Below are positions 1 to 10,914 of a DNA stretch of 64,000 nucleotides, piece after piece (the first letter of the stretch is position 1; each line of letters opens with the position of its first letter). A model generated the notes under the pieces. That model searched no databases. It was not told the DNA's origin and worked only from the letters and a program-made list of their open reading frames with translations. A program made the translations under genes and the position numbers. Origin of the DNA: Nanobdellati archaeon (GTDB lineage: Archaea > EX4484-52 > WAPT01); NCBI GenBank assembly GCA_015520605.1, contig WAPT01000024.1:1-64000 (forward strand), written 5' to 3'.

Positions 1-104
1 AAATTGAGAATGTAAACTTTCTTTATGTTCCTCACGAGCTCTTTATTCATGGAATGTTTGAATACGGAATCCATATAAAAAGGTTGTTGCCGAACAGAAA
101 TGCT

Positions 105-574
105 ATGATGAAAATCCGTGAGGCGTCTTTGCAGGATGTTGAGGCCATAGTCGAATTAAACAAGCAGCTCGCAGATATACATGCAGAAATCGATGAGATT
201 TATAAGAAAGGGTGCGAAACTTCCGAGGGCTTTAGAAACCATGTTGAGAGCTTAATCTCCAGCGAGAATGCTTTAGTATTGGTTGCCGAAATAGATGGCA
301 GAATGGTGTGGGCTATATGATTGGGTTAATCGAGAAACCAAGACCGTTCTTAAAGCTTGAGAAAATTGGCAGGATTTCCAATGCGTGTGTTGACTTTGAC
401 TACAGAAGAAAGGGTGTCGGTAAAGCGCTTCTTAACAAGCTTTTTGAATGGTTCAGGAGTAATGGAGTTGAGTACATCACGCTTTCCGTTGATGTTAGAA
501 ACAGAGCTGGTTACTCTTTCTGGAGAAAGATGGGCTTTGATGACTGGATGGTAAGGATGATAAGGAGGGTTTAA
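105..574 (+). pseudogene. GNAT family acetyltransferase, split by a frameshift (pseudogene or sequence error)
   Basis: MKIREASLQDVEAI...VAEIDGRMV continues in another frame as GYMIG...VDFDYRRKGVGKALL (GNAT motif A). An extra TG at about 309-310 explains the shift. Confidence 0.8.
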
Positions 575-576
575 AG

Positions 577-855
577 ATGCTGGAAGAGATGGAAGATGGC
601 ACTGTATTGCACGTTATTGTAGTGCCAAACGCAAAAAAGAACGAGATTGTCGGAGTGGATGAAGCTAGAAGAAGGCTGAAGGTGAAGATAAGAGCACCTC
701 CTGTTGAAGGAAGAGCAAACAAAGAGCTTGTTAGCTTTCTCTCCAAACTTTTTGGCGCGAGAGTTGAAATTTTAAGAGGAGAGAAAAGCAGGGAGAAAGA
801 TGTGTTCGTTGCTGGAAAGAGTGTTGATGAGGTCAGAGCATTGCTGCATTTGTAA
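577..855 (+). CDS. DUF167/YggU (UPF0235) family protein
   Basis: VVPNAKKNEI...IRAPPVEGRANKEL...RGEKSREK signature. Confidence 0.9.
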   Translation: MLEEMEDGTVLHVIVVPNAKKNEIVGVDEARRRLKVKIRAPPVEGRANKELVSFLSKLFGARVEILRGEKSREKDVFVAGKSVDEVRALLHL

Positions 856-937
856 ATTATGAAGATTCGCAGCCCCTTTGCATGATCTTCCACACACTAA
901 AAAAGTTTTATAGTCGGAAATCATCACATTAAATAAA

Positions 938-2170
938 ATGTCTTGCTTCAAGAACCTGCGGGTTTTTTACATCAATTCGATACTGGACGAGATTCTGTAC
1001 GCGCTCCTCAACCCAATCTTCGTCATCTACATGCTAAATGCCGGCCTCACACAAATGCAGCTGGGCACATTGATGGCAATATATTTCCTCCTGCCAACGG
1101 TACTCATGCCTATCGTAAGCGCCGTTGCAGACGTATGGAGCAGGAAAAAAGTGGCTATGCTCTGCTTCTCGCTGTTCCCGTTTGCTTACCTTCTGATGTA
1201 TTATGGCAGTAGCTACCATACCTTCCTTCTTGCAATTCTGCTGATGGGGGCTGGTTCGACCGCAAATACATCCTTCACAGCATGGATGATGGACGAGATA
1301 AAGAGGCATTACGGCGAACATGCTTGGGTGGAGCACACGAGCAGGATCGAAAAGTATGGAAAAGTAAGTTTCGTTTTGGCAAGTTTGACAGCTTTTGTCT
1401 TCCTTTTCAGGATGAGCGAAATAAAGGGAGATGTTACCCGCATACTCAGGTATTTGTGGATCATAGCCATAGTTATCGAGTCCTCAAACCTCCTGAACAT
1501 CGCTCTTGCGGAGGAGGCGGTTGTGAGAAAAAAGATAGCGAAATTAAAGATGAAAGAACGCCTGCGGGGAATTTTAAAAGCTTACGGGCAGGCGATAAGG
1601 ACAATAAGAAGCTCCGCCATGCTCAAATATCTCATGCTAAGCTTTCTGCTTTACACAGCTGCTTACTCCATCCTCTTTGTTGGCTTTTTTCCTTACATAA
1701 AGAGCGTTCTCGCTATAAAGGAGCAGTTTTTCAATCTGATCTATCTCGCATCATCGACCATAGCAATTCTGCTCTACCATTACAATTCGCGCATAGTTGC
1801 AAAGATGAAAGGAGAGATACGGGCAATTATTTTTGTGGAACTGATCGTGCTGTTCCTTATCTTCATCCTGCTTTTTAATGTCAGCTCCTTGCTCGCTCTA
1901 TTCTTACTCGTTCTGATCATGGGGATAGAGGTCGGCACAACACCCATCTATAATTCGCTGATCAACAAGCCGATACCTTCAAAAATGAGGAGCACCCTGC
2001 TCTCGTTTATGGCTGTGCCCGCCGGTATTATGGGTGCATTTGCATCCCTGCTCTACGGATTTGTTGCGCAGAACTGTGGTATGACGGCGGTGCTTTTGCT
2101 GGTGTTCGCGCTGGCATGCCTTGGAGTTGTTCCTCTCTTCATCATCCTGCGGATGGACACCAAAACATAG
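938..2170 (+). CDS. MFS transporter
   Basis: About 12 hydrophobic segments; motif-A-like AVADVWSRKK and IPSKMRST. Confidence 0.8.
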   Translation: MSCFKNLRVFYINSILDEILYALLNPIFVIYMLNAGLTQMQLGTLMAIYFLLPTVLMPIVSAVADVWSRKKVAMLCFSLFPFAYLLMYYGSSYHTFLLAILLMGAGSTANTSFTAWMMDEIKRHYGEHAWVEHTSRIEKYGKVSFVLASLTAFVFLFRMSEIKGDVTRILRYLWIIAIVIESSNLLNIALAEEAVVRKKIAKLKMKERLRGILKAYGQAIRTIRSSAMLKYLMLSFLLYTAAYSILFVGFFPYIKSVLAIKEQFFNLIYLASSTIAILLYHYNSRIVAKMKGEIRAIIFVELIVLFLIFILLFNVSSLLALFLLVLIMGIEVGTTPIYNSLINKPIPSKMRSTLLSFMAVPAGIMGAFASLLYGFVAQNCGMTAVLLLVFALACLGVVPLFIILRMDTKT

Positions 2171-2255
2171 GTGTACAACACTTTTTAAGTTGTAAGTGAT
2201 AAAGCCTGTTCCCAAAGGAGACGAGTTTTCAACAGGCTGAACTGTAACATGGTAA

Positions 2256-2879
2256 TTACAATTCCGTCGCATATTTTTCCAAAATTTTTGAAACTTCGCC
2301 TTTTTCATCCCTCAATATTATTCGTTTCGGTAGTGTATCGAGAAATACCATAACTTTGCCGTTTGTTTTTTTATAACCTTTCACTTTTTCCCATTCTATA
2401 AATCTGACTCCGAAAACTATGCCTTTTTCGTAAATTTCATACGATCTTTTCATGCTGACGGCAATAAACCAGAAAGGAATCCAGAGGAATGAAAGGAGCG
2501 GAGACATGGATCCGATATCGGGGTTTTTCGTTGTGATGTGCTGAACCATACCGATTACTATTGCAACCGAACCCACAACCAGAACACCCAAAGTCATGAT
2601 CCATTCCCTCGTTTTATCTTTGAGAGGGTAACAAATGGCAGTGGCAAGCTTTTTACCTTTATCCAGTTTTTCAATTTCCCTTTTTGCTTTTTTTGCTTTG
2701 CTCAGCGAATAGACAAACAAAAATCCACCGAATCCTCCCATAAATCCGGCAATTACCAGGACAGTGTTCAAACCTATTTTTTGGGCACGTACCGCAAAGA
2801 AAATTATCGTCGCAACAACGACGGTTTCTACCACAAGAAGCACGATCACCTTAGCCGCAATATTATTTTTGGTTTTCAT
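2256..2879 (-). CDS. Hypothetical membrane protein (4 TM plus a PH-like C-terminal domain)
   Basis: Hydrophobic segments followed by YEIYEKGI...FIEWEKVKGY; start placed at the ATG of MKTKNN. Confidence 0.6.
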   Translation of the reverse strand: MKTKNNIAAKVIVLLVVETVVVATIIFFAVRAQKIGLNTVLVIAGFMGGFGGFLFVYSLSKAKKAKREIEKLDKGKKLATAICYPLKDKTREWIMTLGVLVVGSVAIVIGMVQHITTKNPDIGSMSPLLSFLWIPFWFIAVSMKRSYEIYEKGIVFGVRFIEWEKVKGYKKTNGKVMVFLDTLPKRIILRDEKGEVSKILEKYATEL

Positions 2880-2989
2880 TTCGTCCACCTTACGGGTGTT
2901 TCCGACAACGAGCGGAGTTTTTATCAACTCCGGATTATTCCATCAATCAAAGCGCAAACATTAAAAATCTTACCTACTTATATTTCTTT

Positions 2990-3107
<118 letters not shown>

Positions 3108-3196
3108 CTCCTTTTCCCCACCTTATATCGATTTTTACCATTTTGCATTTGACTTCTCTACTCTTGCCCAAAAAATAGAGAAAAAGGAAGGGGGGT

Positions 3197-3481
3197 TCAA
3201 ACCTTTCTCACAGTATATCCTACAATAACACCGTCCTTCAGCCATCTGGTAAGCAGATCATCCACCTCCCTGCTTCTCAAGGGCAGAACATCGTAAGGAC
3301 AGTCAAGAACCCTTTTCTTCCCGTTCTCCCTCACATAAACTTCAAGATGTGTTATCACAAACTCGTATTTTGGTACAGAATCCGGATCTCTAATTCTGTA
3401 GGGTTTCAAACTCTTTTTTAGAAAATCTTCATCTACTGGACCGTACACCACCCTCTTGCTGGGTTCCACAAAGACCCTCAC
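3197..3481 (-). CDS. Hypothetical protein
   Basis: 94-aa ORF with typical protein-like composition; no recognised family. Confidence 0.5.
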   Translation of the reverse strand: MRVFVEPSKRVVYGPVDEDFLKKSLKPYRIRDPDSVPKYEFVITHLEVYVRENGKKRVLDCPYDVLPLRSREVDDLLTRWLKDGVIVGYTVRKV

Positions 3482-3573
3482 CTGCCATTACATCACCTCC
3501 GTGCAATTTTTTTGTCCGGATAAATAGGAATAAGCTCCATGATATAAAAATTTTTCCACAGGAATTCAAAAGC

Positions 3574-4800
3574 ATGCATGCCTATAAAGCAAGGATCCTT
3601 TACGACGGAAATTCCGTGCTTAAGGATGTTTACGTTGTGGTGGAAAATACTAACATCGTGGAGGTTACACAGATAAAGCCAGAGTGTGAGGTTGTGGAAT
3701 GTGAAGTTATCACTCCTGCTTTCATTGATGGACACAGCCACATAGGTATGGCGAGACATGGCGAGCCTTATGAAGAAGATGAGACTAACGATATTCTTGC
3801 CCAAATAATACCCTCGAATAACCCCTTAAATTCCATATACTTCGATGACAGGGCTTTTGAGGAAGCCGTAAACCACGGTGTGCTTTACTCCATTGTTGTT
3901 CCCGGCAGCGGCAACCTGGTGGGAGGACAAGCGATACTCGTAAGGAACTTTGCAAGGAACAGAGCGGAAGGCTTTGTCAGGCAGGTAGGTTATAAAATGG
4001 CACTTGGTCATAACCCCCGCTCAACAACATCCTGGAAAGGCACGAGACCCTCGACAAGAATGGGAGTTTATGCCATGCTTGAGGCAAGGCTCGAGAGGTT
4101 GAAGGCAAAACTAAAGCTGCACGAGATGGAGAAGGAAAGGAAAAGAAAGAAGCTTCAGAAGATGGTGGATAAAGGAAAGATGAGCAGGGAGGAGATGGAG
4201 AATGAACTTAAAGAGATGGAGGAAGAATTTCAGCTCTCTCTCAGCGTTACAGAAAGGCACCTCATCTCTCTCCTCAGGAGGGAGAAACTCGCTAAGGTTC
4301 ATGTTCACAAGGAAGATGATGTTCTTTACCTTCTCGAGCTGAAGAAGAAATTCGGCATAAACTTCGTGGCGGACCACCTTTGTGATGTTTTCCGCAGGGA
4401 CATCTTTAATTTACTTGCCAAGGAAGGCGTGCCAGTAACTTATGGCCCGATAGATGCATTTGCATACAAGGTGGAGCTGAAGCACGAGAGCTACCGCAAT
4501 GTAAAGCAACTTGTGGAGTCCAACGCTTCATACTGCCTGATGACGGATCATCCTGTGGTGCTTGCAAGGAACCTGTTCTTACAGACCAGATATCTCCTCA
4601 TGTACGGGAAAGAGAAGCACGAAGTTATAGGCGTTAGTAGTAAGAAGGCTGCTGAAATCCACGGTTTCGATGATATTTTGGGCACGGTTGAAAAAGGTAA
4701 GCTTGCGAGCTTTCTTATTTGGGATGGAGATCCTTTTGTTCTCGGAAGCAAGGTTGTGGGTATGGTTGTTGAGGGTGAATACACGGATGTTGAACACTAA
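3574..4800 (+). CDS. Amidohydrolase family protein
   Basis: TPAFIDGHSHIG metal-binding HxH, KVHVH, MTDHPV, GTVEKGKLAS. Confidence 0.9.
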   Translation: MHAYKARILYDGNSVLKDVYVVVENTNIVEVTQIKPECEVVECEVITPAFIDGHSHIGMARHGEPYEEDETNDILAQIIPSNNPLNSIYFDDRAFEEAVNHGVLYSIVVPGSGNLVGGQAILVRNFARNRAEGFVRQVGYKMALGHNPRSTTSWKGTRPSTRMGVYAMLEARLERLKAKLKLHEMEKERKRKKLQKMVDKGKMSREEMENELKEMEEEFQLSLSVTERHLISLLRREKLAKVHVHKEDDVLYLLELKKKFGINFVADHLCDVFRRDIFNLLAKEGVPVTYGPIDAFAYKVELKHESYRNVKQLVESNASYCLMTDHPVVLARNLFLQTRYLLMYGKEKHEVIGVSSKKAAEIHGFDDILGTVEKGKLASFLIWDGDPFVLGSKVVGMVVEGEYTDVEH

Positions 4801-4841
4801 CTCCGTTTTCTGTTTAAAAATTTTGAACCCAAAGTATAAAC

Positions 4842-5504
4842 ATGCGCGGAGCACAAGCACTAATTTTGTTCGGACTGCTCACACTTGTTTTGATAACCTC
4901 TGGGTGCGTTTCTAACACGGATAGATCTGTAGGCATAACCGCAAATGAGAAATTGACCGTCAATCTCCCCGAAAAACCTCTCAACAAGAGCGCCCTTCTC
5001 ATAATAGCACCACAGAACTTCAGGGATGAGGAGTATTCCGTAACAATGAATGTATTGAAACGAAGCGGAGTGCGTGTTGTTGTCGCATCCCTCAAAACGG
5101 GCATGGTGAGGGGCATGCTGGGGATGAGGGTTATGGTTAACAACACCATCTATGATGTGAACGTATCCGAATTTGATGCCATCATTTTCATCGGAGGTAG
5201 TGGCTCCACAGTGTTTTATGACAACCCGAGAGCTTTGAAAATCGCGAGGGAGGCCTATGAGAGTGGTAAAGTGGTGGCAGCAATATGTCTTGCACCGGGC
5301 ATTCTGGCAAGAGCTGGTATACTCAAAGGTAAGCGTGCAACCATATGGAGCGGTGCAAAGGAAGTGCTGGAAAACGCCGGAGCGATTTATACGGGTAGGG
5401 ATGTTGAGGTGGATGGGAACATAGTAACGGCAAACGGGCCAAAGGCTGCGGAAAACTTCGCAATCACGATAGTTAAACTGCTGGCGAATCCGCCTACTCA
5501 TTAA
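4842..5504 (+). CDS. DJ-1/PfpI family protein with lipoprotein signal
   Basis: FRDEEY, FIGGSG, AAICLAP, TANGP motifs; N-terminal hydrophobic stretch ending in SGC. Confidence 0.9.
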   Translation: MRGAQALILFGLLTLVLITSGCVSNTDRSVGITANEKLTVNLPEKPLNKSALLIIAPQNFRDEEYSVTMNVLKRSGVRVVVASLKTGMVRGMLGMRVMVNNTIYDVNVSEFDAIIFIGGSGSTVFYDNPRALKIAREAYESGKVVAAICLAPGILARAGILKGKRATIWSGAKEVLENAGAIYTGRDVEVDGNIVTANGPKAAENFAITIVKLLANPPTH

Positions 5505-5879
5505 AAACTCGGTCAGGAAACCATTTCCATCAGTACCGTTCATCCAGCCCGTCCATCGAAACCGGTTCATTCTCGGGAATTCGTTCCGTCATATCCAAAA
5601 AAACGTGTTGAAAAAAGGACAACTGTGCTCCATACAATCGCAAACATCTCGATTCGTAAGTTATGGTCTTGTTTTTCGCTAAAAAAGTATAGACTCCTCG
5701 AACTTATCCTTCACAGCGATCATAAAAAAGCGGAGTTTCTTTTATCGATGAAGTATTTTTCAATTCTTTGATATAAAATAGGAGTTTCTTTATAATTTAT
5801 AATTATTTATCAAGTTTATTTTTCAAAAATTCCAATACTCCCTTTTTATTTTAGTGTTTTTCCGTTCCTCGTGATTTGG

Positions 5880-6856
5880 TCATTTCTTTCCAATCCACAC
5901 GTTTATGAGCATTTCATCTTTAGTCATGCTTCCGTGAGAACCCCGAAGCTTTTCTTCACTTCCAAAAGGATATCTGAAACCAACATTTTTTTCAGCAATC
6001 ACAACAACATTGCCAAAATTTTCGTAACATCTCTTTACAGGAGATCTGTAGATCTCTTCTAACTCGAAAACCTTTGCCGGAATTTTTCTTCTCTTTAAAA
6101 TTTTTTCAACATCTTCCTTTTTCGCTATGTAAAATGCCACCCTCCCCCCACCCACGGGATAACCATTTATGATGGGCAGTTTAACCTCTCTCTTAATTTC
6201 CGTCAGTCCATGATCGCTCATTATTATCAATTTGCTTTTACGCAGGATTTTTTTCCAAAGGATGGAAATGTAAAAATTGATCATTTTTGTTTCAACGCTG
6301 AAGGCCTCATCTTTAAACCTCTCGTGCAAGATCACGTCTATTGAAGGCCAGTAAATGAACGAAAAATCATGATCGCCCAGGGAAAAATCTCGGAAAAATA
6401 ATTTATTCCTCTTATTTCAGCACCCTTGCTTGTGGCTTTCGTAAAAACAGAATCTGCAAATGGTGTGTAATAACAAACAGAAAATCCTTTTTTTGAAAGA
6501 ATTTGGGACAAGGGTCTGAACGGAAACACATCTTTTTTTCTAATTTCCTTTCCGAGTTCTAATTCTTTTCCGGAAATAGTTTTCCAGGGAGGAATTGCCA
6601 CTATTTCATTTTTAAAGCGCATATACCATTCAAGATATCCGTGTTTTTCGGGAGGCAGCAAGGAATGAAATGTGTAGAAAAATGTAGGTGTACTTGAAGG
6701 AAAAACTGTCTGAAAAACAATTTTTCTGAAGTTTTTGCCTGGAGGATTTATTTTGTTTCTCCCCAGACCGTCTATTATTAAAAGAAAAACTTTTTCTTCC
6801 TCAACCATGGAAGGGATTTCTTTCAGGAATTGAAGGATGTTCTCCATAAAACTCAT
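5880..6856 (-). pseudogene. Alkaline phosphatase / type I phosphodiesterase family protein, frameshifted
   Basis: LIIDGLG and VFPSST in 6338-6856; IYWPSIDVILHE, MSDHG and GSHGS in the next frame; one-base shift near 6380. Confidence 0.75.
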
Positions 6857-7030
6857 TGATCCCGGGGTATTTTATAAGCATTTGTTCTGCGAAAGATTTA
6901 CAGTAAGAAAGTCGTTTAAGGTAACAAAGAAGGAAATAGTAGCTAAGATCTGGTACGAAATGAGCGGAGGGTTTTTCAGGTTCGGTGGAGACACCATCTA
7001 AAATTTTTTGAACTGCAAGCCCTCCAAACG

Positions 7031-7038
7031 TTTATATA
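7031..7038 (+). promoter_or_regulatory. TATA box of the pilin-like operon
   Basis: TTTATATA preceded by purine-rich AAACG, about 25 nt upstream of ATG 7063. Confidence 0.55.
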
Positions 7039-7062
7039 ACTCCGAAATTTTAAAATAGATCG

Positions 7063-7500
7063 ATGGCGGAAGAAAGCCTAACGATGATTGTTGTTGCGGG
7101 AATACTTGTTGTCACCATAATCGCAATGGCGGCGTTTTATTCAACCTCCGTAATGAAGATAAACATAGACAGGGTAACCCTCACAAAAAATACAGCATCA
7201 ACCATATATTCCCTTCTTCTGGAAGTGGCTTCATCCGAGCAGGGCTATGTGGTTTATGAAGCGATAACACCAAAATTCACCGTTAGTCTCACGGATAGAG
7301 AGCTAACGGTGTTGTTGCATACACCAACGGGGAACATACGGGTCTCCTATCCACACGATATCCCGTACGCTGTGAAATCAACCGTAAGTGGTGTGAATAA
7401 ATTATGCATAGTAAAAAAGATTGTTGACTGCACACCCATGCTGGAGATCTGTAATGCTGCAAACAAAACCTGCTGCAGGACGGTGGAGAACATATGCTAA
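7063..7500 (+). CDS. Pilin-like N-terminally anchored protein
   Basis: Single N-terminal hydrophobic helix and a Cys-rich C-terminus; first gene of the operon. Confidence 0.55.
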   Translation: MAEESLTMIVVAGILVVTIIAMAAFYSTSVMKINIDRVTLTKNTASTIYSLLLEVASSEQGYVVYEAITPKFTVSLTDRELTVLLHTPTGNIRVSYPHDIPYAVKSTVSGVNKLCIVKKIVDCTPMLEICNAANKTCCRTVENIC

Positions 7501-7988
7501 AGGGTAAAGAGGAAAAAGGGAAAAAGGGTGGTTTGCCCTACACGCAGGTTTTCAGTGCAATGATAATCATTGTTATGGCTTCCACAGCACTTCTTGTCTT
7601 TACATCAGAATCAAGCTTTAATGCTGAAATGGTCAATTTACTGGCAGAAAAAAGGATCGTTGAAGCATACGCCAACAAAATTATGACCGATAGCTGTATC
7701 ATAGCCAACACATCAATTGAAGGAAAGAGAATGTTCGTGCTCAACAGAAGCAAGATAGAGGCTCTTGATGACGGAGGGACGCTGGATTGCATAGACAATG
7801 ATAACGTAAAGTACGTGATCAAAATCACCGTATACTCTCCGGATTTTCAGTCAGTGATTATGAAAAAGACCCTGAAAAATGTGGAAAATAAAAACATGAA
7901 CCAGACCATAGTTTATCATGTAACCACCGATGACGGATTTCCGGCTGAAGTTGTTTTCGCTTATCTGAACATAACAAACATAATGTGA
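7494..7988 (+). CDS. Class III signal peptide (pilin-like) protein
   Basis: Basic leader KGKKG followed by a hydrophobic helix. Confidence 0.65.
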   Translation: MLKGKEEKGKKGGLPYTQVFSAMIIIVMASTALLVFTSESSFNAEMVNLLAEKRIVEAYANKIMTDSCIIANTSIEGKRMFVLNRSKIEALDDGGTLDCIDNDNVKYVIKITVYSPDFQSVIMKKTLKNVENKNMNQTIVYHVTTDDGFPAEVVFAYLNITNIM

Positions 7989-8003
7989 AGGTGATTCAGT
8001 TAT

Positions 8004-8690
8004 ATGGCGAAGCTACATGATGGTGGAAAGATAAAGGGTCTGGGTCTGGAGGTGCCGATTTTCCTGCTACTCTTCACACTCAGCACCGTCATTATGGTCT
8101 TTCTGCCGTGGACCGACAATATGAAGAAAATAGGCTCTGTGATTAGGTATTACGCGTTAGAACGAAATGGCACAGAGTATTTGATGTACTTTAACACACG
8201 ACCGATGTTGGATTCAGGAAAACAAAGCACTCTGGAGCTGGATGAACTCCTCGGAATCTATAGTTACGGTGCGAGCCACGTGTTGTTATCTCAGGTAAAG
8301 GGTTTCATTCCCAAATGGGGAGAGATTTACATAGATTATGGAAATGTTTCAGGAAAAATAAATCTCAAAGTTGCAGTTGAAAAAGCACTTCCACCCCTCA
8401 AAAAATATGACAGTTGCACACTACCGTCGTTATTATCTATTGGTAAAAAAAATAGACATTTCGTGAACAGAGTCTTTTATCCCGAAAATGTGGACAGCTT
8501 CACATGGGACAACTATATTAAGTATCCCTCTGATGTAGGGGCGTGTTTCGGGGGTAAATACCTCTTTAAGGAGGAGATGGACGTTCCAACACCCAATTAT
8601 GACCTGTCGGTAAGGTATGTGCTTATCTTCAACAATGTAAAGGAAAATGAAGTTCCCAAAGGAATAAATGTGGTCACGCTGGGCGGGTGA
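8004..8690 (+). CDS. Class III signal peptide (pilin-like) protein
   Basis: KIKG/LGLEVPIFLLLF. Confidence 0.65.
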   Translation: MAKLHDGGKIKGLGLEVPIFLLLFTLSTVIMVFLPWTDNMKKIGSVIRYYALERNGTEYLMYFNTRPMLDSGKQSTLELDELLGIYSYGASHVLLSQVKGFIPKWGEIYIDYGNVSGKINLKVAVEKALPPLKKYDSCTLPSLLSIGKKNRHFVNRVFYPENVDSFTWDNYIKYPSDVGACFGGKYLFKEEMDVPTPNYDLSVRYVLIFNNVKENEVPKGINVVTLGG

Positions 8691-8694
8691 GCGT

Positions 8695-10914
8695 ATGAGC
8701 GCAGGCGAAAAAAACAAGGCATTCGCATCTGTACTTGCTGTTGCAATTCTCCTCATGATGTGGGTGGGATTCGGTTTATGGATGCTCAGCAGAACGTTTG
8801 AGGGAATGCAGATCGTTGAGGGAGAGATCATAAGGAACTTTCTCGAGAAGGGGAAATACGAAATTGCGCTGATAAAAGAAAGTCAGGAGCAGCCCGCATT
8901 ACTGTTCGCCATGATGAAAACCGTTCTGGATTATGCATCTCACGGCATGGTAACATCCCGCATGATAACGGAGAGCGGAATAACAACGGACAATTCTGGA
9001 AGGAAGTTTGTTATGAACGTGAAGGTGAGGCTGGAAGGCACGGACAGAAGCTGTATGCGTGTTGAGAATGTGAACGGGGAGTATATCCTTTACTGGGTTC
9101 AGGCCGAAGGCACGGGAATGCAGGTTTACAAGCCAATAGCTTATTTCAGAGATTTCGACGGATGGCTGACAACAACACCGCTCAAGATAAACTTCGATGT
9201 TGATAACGGGTTTACTGTTGGGGAGGTCATGCTGACGCTTTACTTTATAAAGAGAGGAGAGGTAAGCATAATGTCCGACCACACTCTCCTGAAGAAAGCA
9301 ACCACCACTGGTGTTTATTTTATCAAGGGTGATGCGATCCACAACAATGAAATCGAGCTCATTGCTTCAAAAAACGGCACAGCGAAGCTGAGGGGTGTTG
9401 TCGCCACCATATATAAGTATGGTAATCCCAAGGATTTCAGAGTTGTAGACTGCGCAAGGGACATGATACAGGATCTCATGGAAAAGTATCTCGAGGAATA
9501 CTACACTAAGGGTACTAACTTTTACGGGATGAAATTCGTGGGTTCAAAGCCCAATGTGACATTCGATCCATCCACCAACTACATACACGGCAGCGTCTGG
9601 ATGAGTAAGGGGATGAATGTAACAATCAAGTACAGCGACGGAACTCCTATGGTCTTCCTGCATTCAAATATGTTCACGGAGACTAATCTTTCCACACGGC
9701 TGGGACTTCTGATCGATTACGGGAACACCTTTGTTGATCACATAAACGACTGGCTTGTGAGAAAAATTTTCGAGGAATCAAATAAACAGCTCAAAGATTT
9801 TGCCAAGGTCAGCGGTAAATGGGTATGTGGTCCGCTCACCTGCAAAGATTGCCCCGATGATCCGACACCAACCTACAGTAAAGCTGATTTTGAAAGGGTT
9901 ATCCTCACAGCTCTCAACGAGCTTGAATCGGATCTAAATGCAAGCTCAGCCAGAGGAATTGGATGGCGGTTAATATATTTGAGCAATAAGCACAGCTGGG
10001 AAAGTGTTAATGATAATAAAAAACCGTGTTGTGGCAGGGCGACACCAACTCAAACCACAGTGTTGTCTTATAAAGTTAGAGATGAAAACGCGGTAAACCT
10101 TATATCTCAATTTATATCGTATGGCAGTATCAGACTGAAATTCAAAGAACTGCTGAACAGTGTATGTAAAGACTTAAAGGTAACCAAAGAGGAGTGTGAA
10201 AACCTTGTTTCTAATTGCACTCCGCTTCAGAATGAAAAAGATATTCTATGCGATGGTGCATTTCCATCCTTGGAACTCCACGGTTCCTTTACCGAGCTGG
10301 ACGATTTTTGTCAGAACCCGTACGCCAATGAGCTATGTGAAGCTGTGGAGAACAACTGCAGTTCCGTCCTCAACAATAGGATAACAACAGAGGATTTTTG
10401 TGGGAATTTGAGCGAAGCGTACGGAGTGTATATGAAAAACATCGGAAATCTCATAAATAAACTTCGGGAAAACAGGAACGCTCTAACGATGATGACCATA
10501 ACCGACACGGTTACCGGTGGTTGTGGACTTGAGTTCGAGGGATTGAACAAAAATCTCATTCACGTGGAGAGACAGAAATTAATTCAGGTCGTGGGCGGTG
10601 ACTGTGGCATGTATTGCTGTGACGGTTGTAGAGTAGCGCGGAGTTACTGGCATAAGTGTATTATGGAATACTACCACAGATACGTCTTTAAGGATCTCAA
10701 AATACTCGTGGAGATTATTGACAACGATTACAAGGTATTTGATGTTGAAAAAAACAGGTGGGAGCCCGTGGTGCTGAGATTCATCGTAAATATAAATGTT
10801 GACGACAATAGGTGTGATGGTGACAGGGTCTGTATTTCTAATGACATAATTTCCAACGCTGCGATCACACCACAAACTTTTGGAACTTACTCAGTAACCT
10901 TACCAGAAGAGTGA
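8695..10914 (+). CDS. Large Cys-rich secreted protein with a class III-like signal peptide
   Basis: KNKA/FASVLAVAILLMMW leader; many Cys in the C-terminal half. Confidence 0.6.
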   Translation: MSAGEKNKAFASVLAVAILLMMWVGFGLWMLSRTFEGMQIVEGEIIRNFLEKGKYEIALIKESQEQPALLFAMMKTVLDYASHGMVTSRMITESGITTDNSGRKFVMNVKVRLEGTDRSCMRVENVNGEYILYWVQAEGTGMQVYKPIAYFRDFDGWLTTTPLKINFDVDNGFTVGEVMLTLYFIKRGEVSIMSDHTLLKKATTTGVYFIKGDAIHNNEIELIASKNGTAKLRGVVATIYKYGNPKDFRVVDCARDMIQDLMEKYLEEYYTKGTNFYGMKFVGSKPNVTFDPSTNYIHGSVWMSKGMNVTIKYSDGTPMVFLHSNMFTETNLSTRLGLLIDYGNTFVDHINDWLVRKIFEESNKQLKDFAKVSGKWVCGPLTCKDCPDDPTPTYSKADFERVILTALNELESDLNASSARGIGWRLIYLSNKHSWESVNDNKKPCCGRATPTQTTVLSYKVRDENAVNLISQFISYGSIRLKFKELLNSVCKDLKVTKEECENLVSNCTPLQNEKDILCDGAFPSLELHGSFTELDDFCQNPYANELCEAVENNCSSVLNNRITTEDFCGNLSEAYGVYMKNIGNLINKLRENRNALTMMTITDTVTGGCGLEFEGLNKNLIHVERQKLIQVVGGDCGMYCCDGCRVARSYWHKCIMEYYHRYVFKDLKILVEIIDNDYKVFDVEKNRWEPVVLRFIVNINVDDNRCDGDRVCISNDIISNAAITPQTFGTYSVTLPEE

